Shown: positions 10,981-21,593, numbered from the stretch's first letter. The stretch: DNA of 64,000 nt from Alphaproteobacteria bacterium (GCA_965216755.1 CBDCGL010000011.1:992001-1056000); one strand, 5' to 3'. Numbers and translations: made by a program. Notes: generated by a model not told the origin, from the letters alone.

Positions 10981-11182
10981 CTCAAAGTACCAGTCTCATT
11001 TTACCGGGCACAACGATACTCCTATGCAACATCTGCGCGAAACTACCTCGTGCTTCTCGTTCTTGGCTCGATATCGGCGCGCGAGGTGCCCGTTTGGATT
11101 TGACAGAATTACGGTATTCCCGTATCTATAAATCTTTCGGCTTAGTACTAATCAGCAAGACATTTATGTCCATCGGCGCACA

Positions 11183-11890
11183 ATGAAAAGACCACTTCTG
11201 CTCGGAATGCTTGCGGCCGTTCTTTGCCTTACGGCCGCTTGCGCAGCGCGGTCGACAGTCAATCCCGACGCACCACCGCGCTTTGTGGCTGGTGAAAGTC
11301 GCATTCTGCTCATGCCGATCTCGGTCGAACTGTTTGAGTTTACCGCCTCGGGTTTGGAAGATCCACGCGCGGATTGGAGCGAGACCGCCCGCGCCCATGT
11401 GGAGACCGCGCTGCAGGCGGAAAATGAGAGCCGGGGCCTATCGCTGGTGTCATTTGAACTTGACGGTTTGGAACTAACTGAACGCCATGAGGTTGACCAA
11501 ATTATCAAGTTGCACCAGGCCGTCGGCGCCGCACGACTCGAAGGAAGTTTCTACGGGCAGTTGCCGACGAAATCGGGCCCCTTCGATTGGTCCTTGGGGC
11601 CCGGGGTCGCGCGCCTATCGCCAAATCGCGCGGAAGACTATGCGCTTTTCCTTTACCTTCGGGACAGCTATTCGTCGCCCGGGCGCGTGGTTCTCAATAT
11701 CGTGACGGGAATTCTGGGCCTCGGCGTTCGTGGCGGACGGCAGGTCGGTTACGCAACCCTGATTGATTTGGAAACCGGCGATCTGTCGTGGTTTGCCGCA
11801 CTGGTCCGCGGTGAAGGTGACCTTCGCGGCGAGGAAAAAGCACGAGAGGCGATCGGAATCTTGCTGAAAGACTTACCCGATTCAGGATGA
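11183..11890 (+). CDS. Hypothetical lipoprotein
   Basis: Signal peptide ending LTAAC; stop overlaps the next start. Confidence 0.75.
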   Translation: MKRPLLLGMLAAVLCLTAACAARSTVNPDAPPRFVAGESRILLMPISVELFEFTASGLEDPRADWSETARAHVETALQAENESRGLSLVSFELDGLELTERHEVDQIIKLHQAVGAARLEGSFYGQLPTKSGPFDWSLGPGVARLSPNRAEDYALFLYLRDSYSSPGRVVLNIVTGILGLGVRGGRQVGYATLIDLETGDLSWFAALVRGEGDLRGEEKAREAIGILLKDLPDSG

Positions 11891-13053
11891 TCACACGGCG
11901 GCACCTTTTGCACGCAATGTGCGGCTGCTCGGCCGCTGGCCTTGTGACCGGCTGCGCTGGCGGAGATTTGGAACCAGTTGCGCCTGGTTATCGCCCTGCT
12001 TTGGACAGCGAAGAAGGCGGTCTGTGGAGGTTGATGGATGAAGCCGAAGAAGAAATCAAGTACTCAAGATTCCGCATCTACGACCAACCGATCAATGCTT
12101 ACCTGAGCGATATTGCGTGTCGCCTAGGCGGCACATTATGCCCGGACGTTCGGATCTATTTGACGCGCGTGCCCTATTTCAATGCTTCGATGGCACCAAA
12201 TGGAATGATGCAAATCTGGTCGGGCCTGTTGCTGCGCGTCACCAATGAGGCGCAGCTGGCAGCGGTGATTGGCCACGAAATCGGGCACTACAGTGAACGT
12301 CATACTGTAGAGCGCTGGCGCGCTGCCAAGAACTCGCTGACGGTCGCCAACATATTGGGCCTTGGTCTCGCGGTCGTCGGTGGCGGCGCCCTGGCGCAAC
12401 TGCCCGGTATCGCGGCGATCGCTGGGATTTTGGCGTATTCACGCGAGCAAGAACGCGAAGCGGATTCCATCGGATTGGAACTCATGACCAAGGCGGGCTA
12501 CGCGCCGATTGCCGCCGCGGATGTTTGGGCAAATCTGATTGCCGAGAGCAAAGCGGACCCGGAACATGAAGAGCGTGATGTTTTTTTCGCCACACATCCG
12601 CAACCAGCGGAAAGAGAAAAAACGCTGCGACGCGAGGCGTCCGAAATCGCGCCGACCGACGCGACCCTTGGCGAGACGGATTACCTGAATCAAGCCCTCG
12701 CGTTACGCGATCGCCTATTGGACGATGAGATCAGCTTACGTCAGCCGGAACGGTCGCTGGTCGTGATCGCGCGGCTGCGTGAGCAAGGTCCGGACGACGG
12801 TGTTTTGGCGTTTTACCACGGTGAGGTTTACCGACTGCGACGCGATCAAGGCGACATCGATCGCGCGCTCGGCCACTATCAGGACGCGTCGCACATGGAC
12901 AACGCGCCGCCGCAAACTTGGCGCGCACTGGGGCTGATTTATAGAGATCGCGGCCGAAAGAGCGATGCGGGCGACGCCTTCCGAACCTATTTGCAGCACG
13001 ATCCTAACGCACCAGACGCGGAACTGATCGAAAGCTATGTTCGCGAACTATGA
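11887..13053 (+). CDS. M48 zinc metallopeptidase with C-terminal TPR; putative Tat lipoprotein
   Basis: HEIGH, EREAD and THP motifs; N-terminal TRRHLL...VTGC; TPR-like C-terminus. Confidence 0.9.
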   Translation: MITRRHLLHAMCGCSAAGLVTGCAGGDLEPVAPGYRPALDSEEGGLWRLMDEAEEEIKYSRFRIYDQPINAYLSDIACRLGGTLCPDVRIYLTRVPYFNASMAPNGMMQIWSGLLLRVTNEAQLAAVIGHEIGHYSERHTVERWRAAKNSLTVANILGLGLAVVGGGALAQLPGIAAIAGILAYSREQEREADSIGLELMTKAGYAPIAAADVWANLIAESKADPEHEERDVFFATHPQPAEREKTLRREASEIAPTDATLGETDYLNQALALRDRLLDDEISLRQPERSLVVIARLREQGPDDGVLAFYHGEVYRLRRDQGDIDRALGHYQDASHMDNAPPQTWRALGLIYRDRGRKSDAGDAFRTYLQHDPNAPDAELIESYVREL

Positions 13054-13232
13054 GCCATGGACCATTCGGCTTCCGCGCGCGCGGCATGATCTGTGATAAA
13101 TTGGCCCAAATAACAGGGACGATGCACACACGGATGACCGTCTCCCCGCCATGAGATCGGCACTCGCACCGCCTGGACATCGCGACTGGAAACCGATGCA
13201 ATTTGTGTCAAAAGACGCGCTGGAGCATAGTG

Positions 13233-13829
13233 ATGCATCGATCTAAGGTTTTACTTCTAGTTATTTTGGTTAGCGTAATCACATCTTGCGCGGTCTATCA
13301 AAAAATCGAACCGGGACAGAGCGTGGCGGTCGGCAGATTGCAGGTTACGCCAGACATCGCCTGGAGCGGGCTCAACAGCTACTATTTTAAGATCAACGGT
13401 CCAAGCGCGACATGGACGCGCGATGGTACGCCCATAAATCTGCTCTTTATCTTTGATGGCATAGAAAATGGGGCGCCTCTTTTTGAGCTTGAGCGTCGTG
13501 ACGATATGCGATTTCCGATCTTTGTATCCGGTATGTCCGAAGCCGACGTAGACGAATTGGTTGCCGATTCAATCAAGCAGTTTTGGCAAGCAAGCACGAT
13601 CGAGACAGTGCGCGCGGCGCCCGCGACCTTTGCAGATCAACGCGGGTTCGTTTTCCAATACCGGCTGACAGCAAAATCGGAACTCGACCTGCGAAGCTAC
13701 GCCGCAGGTGCAATTGTCAGAGACAAACTCTATTTGATCATGTTCACGGCACCCCGCCTACATTATTACGACAAAGACATCGATAGCGTAAAAACGATGA
13801 TAGAAAGCGCGCGATTCACATCGTCATAG
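13233..13829 (+). CDS. Hypothetical lipoprotein
   Basis: Hydrophobic signal ending ITSC; WTRDGTPINLL segment. Confidence 0.7.
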   Translation: MHRSKVLLLVILVSVITSCAVYQKIEPGQSVAVGRLQVTPDIAWSGLNSYYFKINGPSATWTRDGTPINLLFIFDGIENGAPLFELERRDDMRFPIFVSGMSEADVDELVADSIKQFWQASTIETVRAAPATFADQRGFVFQYRLTAKSELDLRSYAAGAIVRDKLYLIMFTAPRLHYYDKDIDSVKTMIESARFTSS

Positions 13830-14047
13830 GAGATTTGAGATGCCTCCGGTTGATGCGCGCGGCACGCGAACACCGACGTCCAATCGCGAGCTTATCGAAC
13901 CGATCGCCCATGTGGAATGCCGGCGCGGATCGGAATTGATTGCAAGCGGCTGACAGCTGGCGTGGGCGCCCTCGACCCCATTGGGAGACATGTGCGAGAT
14001 ATCCGCGCGTGGAGCGCTTTCAAAGACGTAGCAGGGTGCTGAATAAG

Positions 14048-14373
14048 TCACCGTTTTTGCGCTTTTAGATTGGCTTCATCTCCGCAACCAAAGCAGATTT
14101 CGATCTGGCGCGTTCCGTCTTCGTCGAGTTCTGGCGATCCGTCACCTGAAACTTCGTCCATTTCATCGATCCCCCGCCATGTAAAGAAAATGTTGCGACG
14201 GGAATACCCACAGTCGAGATCGCCGTTGACGCAGCCAAAAGCGGATCGCCATGGCCATTGTCTTCAAACCTTATGTAGGCGGGTTCCACAAGGTCGAGGT
14301 AACGGCGATCCCACAGATCCGCTTCGGTGATACGCCATTTGCCGATTAGGGGGCGGGTCAAGTTGTTGGTCAT
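14048..14373 (-). pseudogene. IS passenger hypothetical gene, frameshifted
   Basis: MTNNLTRPLIGKWRITEADLWD... continues in another frame as FGCVNGDLDC...FTWRGIDEMDEVSGDG; stop lies next to the inverted repeat. Confidence 0.6.
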
Positions 14374-15155
14374 GTCGCCGACTCCGCTAATAGTCTGCTC
14401 AACCGGATCAAGTTGTACGCAGCAACGGCAAGGGTAAAGGAAGCGGCGACGCGACATACACCGCGGAAACGGGTTTTGGCTTGGCCGGTGACGGTCTTGA
14501 CCCAGCCAAATATTTCTTCGACCCGCTTGCGATGACGTTGCGACTGCTCGTAACTGCGAGGTTCGGGGATCGGACGACCGTTCCAACCAAATTCCTTCGT
14601 TCGCGCCACGGAAATTACGCTCACTATTGCGGCCGGTCCCCGCATCATCACTATCTGGGTCATCATTTTTTTGCGACGGAAGCTTTTCATAGACGCCCAA
14701 GCTTCAACCAGCGTGCCATCAACCGAAAAGTGATCTTAGCTCAGAAGGGACTGCACCTGTTCTTGTACAACGATCCCTGTCAGAAGCTTCGCTGACACTT
14801 GCCTTGCCAATAACCGGTCGCGGTTCTTAGAGAAACTGCCGGCATCCCAAACGGTTTCGTCAATACGCAAACCAACAAACCAGCGAAACGGAAGGTTGAA
14901 ATCGATCTGCTCCATCAGTTGTCGTTCAGAGCGCACAGAATAAAGCGGCTGCAACAGAAGCGTTCGAACCAGCTGTTCCGGCGGGATCGACGGCCGGCCC
15001 ATAGGCGAATAACTCGCTCAAAAGTCTGCCGACAACGAAGCCGATATATCGTTCACAATCCCGCGGATCAGACGCAACGGATGATCCCCCGGTATCCGCG
15101 CCTCGAGGTCCACGTAGCTGAAAAGACTACCGCTCGACTGATCCCGACCGCGCAT
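14370..15155 (-). pseudogene. Transposase pseudogene (stop codon, frameshifts, internal deletion)
   Basis: MRGRDQSSGSLFSYVDLEARIP...DF*, GRPSIPPEQLVRTLLLQ, HFSVDGTLVEAWASMKSF and RKRVEEIFGWVKTV are spread over several frames. Confidence 0.85.
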
Positions 15156-15224
15156 CGATGTTCTCCCTTCTAAATCAGGGAATCACGAACTGTGCTCACT
15201 TCCGAGACTCTTGTCAGCTCCCTG

Positions 15225-15563
15225 TTAAAGCGTTTTGCGCCCGACCCGCTCAAGATTGATTCGTCGTTTGTCCGCGATATCGAAACGGATCCAGGCGCCC
15301 AAGCGATCGTCATCGCAATGATCCGCATGGCCGAGGGATTGCACTACGACATTGTTGCCGAGGGCATCGAAACCGTGGGCCAGCTAGAGTTCTTGATCAA
15401 AAATGGCTGTCGCGGCGTCCAAGGGCATTTGATGTCGCCCGCGATCGCACCCGAGATGTTCGGTGAGTGGTTCAGGGGTAACCAGGCCAACGCGACGAAA
15501 GCTGTTTTCGGCGTCCATGACGAACCCCAAGCGGACGCGAATCGCATTGCCTCCTCAAACTGA
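15225..15563 (+). pseudogene. C-terminal fragment of an EAL-domain (c-di-GMP phosphodiesterase) gene
   Basis: LKRF..DPLKIDSSFVRDI...IVAEGIET...VQGHLMSP begins exactly at the IS end; N-terminal part absent. Confidence 0.8.
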
Positions 15564-15649
15564 TCCGCCCACAACTAAATCGTATGCGATCAAGTAGCGT
15601 GGCACATCCATTTCGAATAACACTATCGATGCGTGGCCGACGTAAGAAG

Positions 15650-16378
15650 TCAGGACACTCGGGAATCCGACACATCGCGCTTGAGCCAGTTTTTCAAGGC
15701 AGCGACCGTTGCAGTCGGCCGTTCCATGGTGGCCATATGGCCGCAATGACCGAGCACAACCAAATCGGCGCCAGGGATGCGTTCTGCTAGTTCAAGGTGA
15801 AGGCCCAACGGTGTCAGCTGATCCTGACGTCCGCACAGCACGAGCGTTGGGCAGTTGATCGCCGACAGATCGCCGCGCCCGTCCGGACGGTTCATGATGG
15901 CGGTTTGATGACGCAAGAACGCGTCTTTGCCGACACGCTCTGCCATTTCCGTGATTTCAGCAACGAGCGGCGCGTCGCTCAATCGACTCTCATGGACCAG
16001 CAGCGGTAGCAATCGCGGCGTCACACCACGAAATTTGCCCCGCTCGGCAAGCGCGATCAGATCGCGCCGTCGCCCCCGCTGTACCTCCGAATCCGGACGC
16101 GCTGAGGTGTCCAAGAGTGCCAAATGCGTCACTTTTTCCGGCGCAAGGCGCATCACCTCTTGGGCCACATAGCCGCCCATCGATAGGCCCGCCAATGCAA
16201 ACCGATCCGACCCATTTTCCAGGGCGACCTCGGCCATGGCCGTGATCGAATCGCAGTTGCGAAAATCGGGCACGTAAATGTCGTAATCAGCTGAAAACGT
16301 TCTTATTAGGTGCGACCATAGTGCGTCATCGCACAACAGACCCGGACACAAAATGAGCTTCATTGGATGCCGTGCCAT
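15650..16378 (-). CDS. Alpha/beta hydrolase
   Basis: GLSMGG nucleophile elbow, QDQLTP, CGHM. Confidence 0.9.
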   Translation of the reverse strand: MARHPMKLILCPGLLCDDALWSHLIRTFSADYDIYVPDFRNCDSITAMAEVALENGSDRFALAGLSMGGYVAQEVMRLAPEKVTHLALLDTSARPDSEVQRGRRRDLIALAERGKFRGVTPRLLPLLVHESRLSDAPLVAEITEMAERVGKDAFLRHQTAIMNRPDGRGDLSAINCPTLVLCGRQDQLTPLGLHLELAERIPGADLVVLGHCGHMATMERPTATVAALKNWLKRDVSDSRVS

Positions 16379-16412
16379 GCGCCCTCGCCACTCCCAACCG
16401 CGGCCCTTTTAC

Positions 16413-16441
16413 AAAAAATAAGGCCCCAATGAGTTGAGGCC
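16413..16441 (-). terminator. Rho-independent terminator after the bioB-pxpA-BCCP genes
   Basis: Minus strand GGCCTCAA-CTCA-TTGGGGCC-TTATTTTTT. Confidence 0.7.
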
Positions 16442-16503
16442 GTTTCAGGTTCACATGGCAAACAATAATGTGCCACGGAACCAGTGTCGGACGCAAGCAA
16501 TTT

Positions 16504-16722
16504 CTAACCGACCTCTAACGCCAGCGTGCCCGCCTCCACACCCTCTTGTCCCTCCTCGATGTGGACGGCGGTGACGGTGCCGTCAATGTCCGCTTCGTGG
16601 GGCACTTCTGTCTTCATAACCTCGAGAATAAACAAGGTATCGCCGGCTTTGACGACGTCGCCTGGCTTAACCATGACTTTCCAGACATTGCCGGGCATCT
16701 CGGTGACGATCTTGTGGGCCAT
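16504..16722 (-). CDS. Stand-alone biotin carboxyl carrier (biotinyl) domain protein
   Basis: 72 aa; EMPGNVWKV..VKAGDTLFILEVMKTE with the MK biotinylation motif. Confidence 0.85.
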   Translation of the reverse strand: MAHKIVTEMPGNVWKVMVKPGDVVKAGDTLFILEVMKTEVPHEADIDGTVTAVHIEEGQEGVEAGTLALEVG

Positions 16723-16770
16723 GCGGTGTAGCTCCTGCGCATCAATAAGGCAGACACGCGCCCTTCGATG

Positions 16771-17496
16771 CTAATTGAGATGAGATTTTACGGTTTCATA
16801 AACCGCTTTAGCGACATCCACGGCGCCCGGCGTGTCGGAATGCACACATAGGCTTTCCGCGCGCACCGAAACGTCATTGCCGTCAACCGTTTTCACCACG
16901 CCTTGCTCTATGGCCCGCAGGGTCCGCGACGCGGCTTCCTGCGGGTCCCAAGCGTGGTGGACGCGGGTTATGATCAATCCACCATCGCCGTCATAGTCCA
17001 GATCTACATAGAATTCAGCGGCAAACGGAACGTTGCGCTGACCATAAACTTCCTCCTGAACGGTGCCCGCCATGCCTAGCAAAGGCAAGCCGAACAACTC
17101 GGCCGCGTCGCAAATCGCGTGCGCCATGTCAGCGTCGCGCATAGCCATGCCATAAAGCGCGCCGTGCGGCTTTATGTGGTTGAGTGCCATGCCCTCAGCG
17201 TCCAGAAACCCCTTCAGGGCCCCGACTTGATAGATGACGATCGCAGCGAGTTCATCGCGTTCCATTTTCATGGCGCGGCGCCCAAACCCCTGCAGATCTG
17301 GCAATGACGGGTGCGCGCCGACTTTTACACCGTGTTGCTTGGCCAAGCGCACGGTCCGCTGCATGACAACCGGGTCGGATGCGTGAAACCCACACGCAAC
17401 GTTCGCAACCGTGACATAGGGCATGATGCCTTCGTCATCTCCCATTTCGTAGAGCCCAAACGCTTCGCCCATATCGCAATTGATATCGATGCCCAT
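16771..17496 (-). CDS. pxpA: LamB/YcsF family protein (5-oxoprolinase subunit A-like)
   Basis: IDINCDMGE, NVACGFHA, GAHPSLPDLQGFGRR, HIKPHGALY, CVHSDTPGA. Confidence 0.88.
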   Translation of the reverse strand: MGIDINCDMGEAFGLYEMGDDEGIMPYVTVANVACGFHASDPVVMQRTVRLAKQHGVKVGAHPSLPDLQGFGRRAMKMERDELAAIVIYQVGALKGFLDAEGMALNHIKPHGALYGMAMRDADMAHAICDAAELFGLPLLGMAGTVQEEVYGQRNVPFAAEFYVDLDYDGDGGLIITRVHHAWDPQEAASRTLRAIEQGVVKTVDGNDVSVRAESLCVHSDTPGAVDVAKAVYETVKSHLN

Positions 17497-17509
17497 CGTA
17501 CTTGCCTCG

Positions 17510-18532
17510 TCAGTTTGCCGCCTTACCATCCCGGTCGCGGCTCATCGGTTCAATGCCCAGACGCGTGAACAGAACGCGGTCCCGATCCGCTTCCGGATTC
17601 GGCGTCGTCAACAGTTTATCGCCGTAGAATATTGAGTTGGCGCCGGCCAAAAAACACAAGGCTTGGGTCGCATCGTCCATATGTTCACGCCCAGCCGACA
17701 ACCGCACCATAGAGCGCGGCATCAGGATCCGTGCGACGGCGATCATGCGAACAAATTCAATCGGATCAAATTGTTCCGTCCCAAACAGCGGCGTTCCTTC
17801 GACTTGGACCAACATGTTGATCGGCACGCTTTCAGGATGTGCCGGCAATGTGGCCAAAGCGCGTAGTAGGCCAACCCGATCCGCCCGGCCCTCGCCCATC
17901 CCGACAATGCCGCCACAACACACCTTGATGCCCGCATCGCGCACATGCGCCAATGTGTCCAACCGATCTTGATAGGTGCGGGTCGAAATAATGCGCCCGT
18001 AATCTTCCGGTGCCGTATCCAGATTGTGATTGTAATAGTCGAGCCCCGCGTCGGCGAGCCGCGCCGCATGTTCATGGGTCAACATGCCAAGCGTCATGCA
18101 GGTCTCCAGCCCCAACGCGCGAACGCCCCGCACCATCTCACAAATGGCGTCCAAATCGCGATCCTTCGGATTTCGCCAGGCCGCACCCATGCAAAACCGG
18201 CTCGCCCCCGCATCCTTCGCCTGACGCGCGGCGGTCAATACGTCCCCGACCAACATCATCTTTTCAGGCGCAATACCCGTATCGTAGTGGGCGCTTTGCG
18301 GGCAATAGGCGCAATCCTCGGGGCAACCGCCGGTCTTGATGCTCAATAGTGTGGAAATCTGGACCGCATTGGGATCGAAATATCGGCGATGGACCGATTG
18401 CGCACGAAACAGCAGATCATTGAACGACAGCGCGAATAAGGCCTCGACTTCCTCGCGCATCCAATCCGTGCGCGGCGGCGCGGCACTTGGAAAATCGGCC
18501 GGCTCTGAATTGGCATTTCGAACGACCTGCAT
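17510..18532 (-). CDS. bioB: Biotin synthase
   Basis: Radical SAM motif CPEDCAYC; YNHNLDT, CCGGIVG, RLSAGR. Confidence 0.97.
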   Translation of the reverse strand: MQVVRNANSEPADFPSAAPPRTDWMREEVEALFALSFNDLLFRAQSVHRRYFDPNAVQISTLLSIKTGGCPEDCAYCPQSAHYDTGIAPEKMMLVGDVLTAARQAKDAGASRFCMGAAWRNPKDRDLDAICEMVRGVRALGLETCMTLGMLTHEHAARLADAGLDYYNHNLDTAPEDYGRIISTRTYQDRLDTLAHVRDAGIKVCCGGIVGMGEGRADRVGLLRALATLPAHPESVPINMLVQVEGTPLFGTEQFDPIEFVRMIAVARILMPRSMVRLSAGREHMDDATQALCFLAGANSIFYGDKLLTTPNPEADRDRVLFTRLGIEPMSRDRDGKAAN

Positions 18533-18872
18533 GGCTTTTCCAACCCCCGCAAAAAGTTTCGCCGGAGTTTTGCAGGATGCAACCGCGTATGCAAGGGAAC
18601 GCCAACCCAGCGGGCTGTCCGAAAAACGCGCGGACCTGACCTATATCGTTGGAAAATATTCAAAACCTCAATTTGCGTATCGCCTGCCAGCCTTGACTCG
18701 TCCCTTGCCTTTACGCAACACTCGCGACGCGATCGCACAGTAAAAAGAATATGTATGTCAGAATGGACGGACAGTTGGCGATCTTGCGGCCGGAGTATGG
18801 GTTTTGTGGGGAGCCTACACACGCAGACTGTCCGTATCAGCATAGACAAGACAAGAGAGGAAGGTCAGGCGG

Positions 18873-19931
18873 ATGCAACATCACCTGAAGATTGGCGCTG
18901 CGGTGGCGTCGACGACGGCACTACTCAGCATTGGGTCGGCGCAGGCAGCGGATCAGTGGTGGCCGTTCCCCATCTACGACATGTCGTCGGGCGAACGTGT
19001 TGAAACCACTTATGAGCCTTTGGAAAAGGCCGAACAACCTTGGAATTTGTGCGTATTGTTCCCGCACATGAAGGATAGTTTTTGGGTCGCCGTGGCCTAT
19101 GGCATCGTCGAAGAGGCCAAGCGCATGGGGGTCAAGATGACCCTGCTGCAAGCCGGCGGTTATGAGAACCTGCCCAAGCAAATTTCGCAGTTCGACGATT
19201 GTGTTGCCTCAGGTGCGGACGCCATCATCACGGGTGCGATTTCGGAAGCCGGCATGGCCAAGAAGTTTCAAGAGGGCCTGGATAAAGGGATTCCGCAGAT
19301 CAGCACGGTTAATCCTGTGCAAGATGCACCGCTGACTGCCAAGGTTTTTGTCGAATTCGACACGATGGGTGAGCAAACCGGCGATTACTTGGTAGACTAT
19401 CTGGGCGACTCGGGCGGCGAGGCTGTCGCATTCCCTGGCCCCCAGGCTTCGGGCTGGGCGGAAAGCTTCGCAGAGGGATTCAAACGGGCCCTTGACGGCA
19501 CGAATGTCTCACTAATGGAAGAGAAGTTCGGTGACACGGGTGTTTCCGTGCAATTGCGCCTGGTTGAAGATGCACTTCAGACCTATCCCGGCATGAATGT
19601 GATTTGGGGCACGGCGCCAACGGCCGAGGCCGCCATCGGCGCGGTTGCCGAAGCGGGCCTAGCGGATGACATGATCATCATGTCGTCATATGAAAACCAA
19701 GCCATGCTTGACGCCATGACCAACGAAGAAATCCTCGGATTCGCGACCCAGTGGCCGGTGATCGAAGGCCGTATCGCAATCGACATGGCCGTGCGTGCGT
19801 TGGAAGGCAAGGATCTGAAGACCTTTGTCTACATGGTGCCCAAGATGATCAGCAATGCGAACGCCGCGGAGACGGATATGTCAGCCGTGTTGGCACCGGC
19901 CGATTGGCAGCCGGTCTATTCGGTCGACTGA
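18873..19931 (+). CDS. TorT-like periplasmic substrate-binding protein
   Basis: Signal peptide; WNLCVLFPHMKDSFWVAVAYG and AGGYENL resemble TorT. Confidence 0.75.
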   Translation: MQHHLKIGAAVASTTALLSIGSAQAADQWWPFPIYDMSSGERVETTYEPLEKAEQPWNLCVLFPHMKDSFWVAVAYGIVEEAKRMGVKMTLLQAGGYENLPKQISQFDDCVASGADAIITGAISEAGMAKKFQEGLDKGIPQISTVNPVQDAPLTAKVFVEFDTMGEQTGDYLVDYLGDSGGEAVAFPGPQASGWAESFAEGFKRALDGTNVSLMEEKFGDTGVSVQLRLVEDALQTYPGMNVIWGTAPTAEAAIGAVAEAGLADDMIIMSSYENQAMLDAMTNEEILGFATQWPVIEGRIAIDMAVRALEGKDLKTFVYMVPKMISNANAAETDMSAVLAPADWQPVYSVD

Positions 19932-19956
19932 TCGCTAACGCTTAAGGAGACCCAAG

Positions 19957-21546
19957 GTGTCGGTCGCGGACCGAACCGAAATGCTTGATCAGGAGCCGAT
20001 CGCCACAGAGGCGGTCGGCTCGTCTAACGTGGAATTGGCGCGCCTGACCGGCATTACAAAACGGTTCCCCGGCGTACTGGCACTTGACCGGGTCGATTTT
20101 GACCTCCGACAGGGCGAGGTCCACGTCTTGTTCGGCGAAAATGGTGCCGGTAAATCCACTCTGACGAACATTATTGCCGGAACTTATCCGCCGGACGAAG
20201 GTGAATTCACATATCGCGGCGAAAGCATTCGGTATTTAACGCCGCACCGAGCGCGACGGCTCGGCATAAGCCCAGTTTTCCAGGAGTTTAGCCTAGTTCC
20301 CGAGCTGACGATCGAGGAAAACCTGTTTCTAGGCCATGAGACCAGCGCCCTGGGCGTGCTCCGAAAGCGGCCAATGCGGGCCAAGGCCACCGCGCTTTTG
20401 GACGAGCTAGGATTTACACTAAATCCACGTGCGCGGATTGGCGATTTGTCGCGCGCGCACCAGCAAATGGTTGAAATCGCCAAGGCGCTCCTTCATCAAG
20501 TGCGACTCCTCATCCTTGATGAGCCCACCGCGTCGCTGACCGAATCGGAAACGACGAAGCTATTTGCATTGATCGCGCGCTTGAAGGCGTCGGGTGTTGG
20601 GATCATTTACGTTTCGCACCGCATGAACGAGATCAAGCAATTGGGAGACCGCGTCACCGTTCTGCGCGACGGTCGTCTAATTGAAACGGTAGCAGCAGAC
20701 TCGGTCAGCGAAGCCCAATTGGTCGAGCTGATGACAGGACGGAAAATCGATGTGTTTTTTCCGCACATCGCGCACAACCCAGGGGATACCGTCCTCGCAG
20801 TCGAAAACCTGACCTTGAACCACAGCGCGGTACAGGACGTTTCCTTCAGCGTACGGGCGGGCGAAGTGACAGGATTTGCCGGCCTGGTCGGTTGCGGAAA
20901 ATCGGAACTGGCGCGCGCCGTCTTTGGGCTTCAGAGCATCGCCAGTGGCAAAATTATGCTCAATGGACGCCGGGTTGAACGCTTGTCGCCGCATGCGATC
21001 TTGCGTGAAGACGTTTGTTATTTTCCCTCAGATCGGGTTGCCGAAGGCTTGGCGCTGATTCGACCGGTTCGGGAAAACGCCTCAATGGCCGCGCTTGACC
21101 TACCGCAATTTGCCCAGCGCAATATTTTGAAACGGCGCGCGGAAAAATCGTTGATTCAAGGGATCGTGGACCGGCTAAAGTTACGGCCGCCGTCGATCGA
21201 ACGAACCGTTGGCAATCTTTCCGGCGGCAATCGGCAAAAAGTCATGTTGGCGCGCGGATTGACCCGCGGGACGCGAATTTTTCTATTCGACGAACCAACC
21301 GTCGGTATTGACGTCGGCGCGAAGATCGAAGTCTACGAGTTGATGAAGAAGCTTGCTGAAGACGGCGCCGCCATCATGCTGATTTCATCCGAATTGCCCG
21401 AGGTCCTACATTTGTCGAACCGGTTATATGTCGTGCATCGGGGGCACATGGTGGCTGAGCTCACCGGAGACGACATCAACGAGCAAAAGGTCCTGTCGTG
21501 CTTCTTTGAGCAAGACGGCGAGACACAAAACGACGCGGCCGCGTAG
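19957..21546 (+). CDS. Sugar-type (CUT2) ABC transporter ATP-binding protein with two ATPase domains
   Basis: GENGAGKS, ILDEPT, LSGGNRQKV, FDEPTVGIDVGAK. Confidence 0.93.
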   Translation: MSVADRTEMLDQEPIATEAVGSSNVELARLTGITKRFPGVLALDRVDFDLRQGEVHVLFGENGAGKSTLTNIIAGTYPPDEGEFTYRGESIRYLTPHRARRLGISPVFQEFSLVPELTIEENLFLGHETSALGVLRKRPMRAKATALLDELGFTLNPRARIGDLSRAHQQMVEIAKALLHQVRLLILDEPTASLTESETTKLFALIARLKASGVGIIYVSHRMNEIKQLGDRVTVLRDGRLIETVAADSVSEAQLVELMTGRKIDVFFPHIAHNPGDTVLAVENLTLNHSAVQDVSFSVRAGEVTGFAGLVGCGKSELARAVFGLQSIASGKIMLNGRRVERLSPHAILREDVCYFPSDRVAEGLALIRPVRENASMAALDLPQFAQRNILKRRAEKSLIQGIVDRLKLRPPSIERTVGNLSGGNRQKVMLARGLTRGTRIFLFDEPTVGIDVGAKIEVYELMKKLAEDGAAIMLISSELPEVLHLSNRLYVVHRGHMVAELTGDDINEQKVLSCFFEQDGETQNDAAA

Positions 21547-21593
21547 ACCGCGCGGATTTTGCCAGCACCGGCCGCATGGAGGGGGGCGGCTTT

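Larger units (their letters stand above)
14032..15224 (-). mobile_element. Degenerate IS5-family (DUF772-type) insertion sequence with a passenger ORF
   Basis: Terminal inverted repeats CAGGGTGCTGA / TCAGCTCCCTG flanked by TAG / TTA; transposase fragments inside. Confidence 0.8.

Noticed and set aside
14065-14700. 211-aa ORF as an intact gene
   Set aside because: It is a chimera of transposase and passenger-gene fragments created by frameshifts
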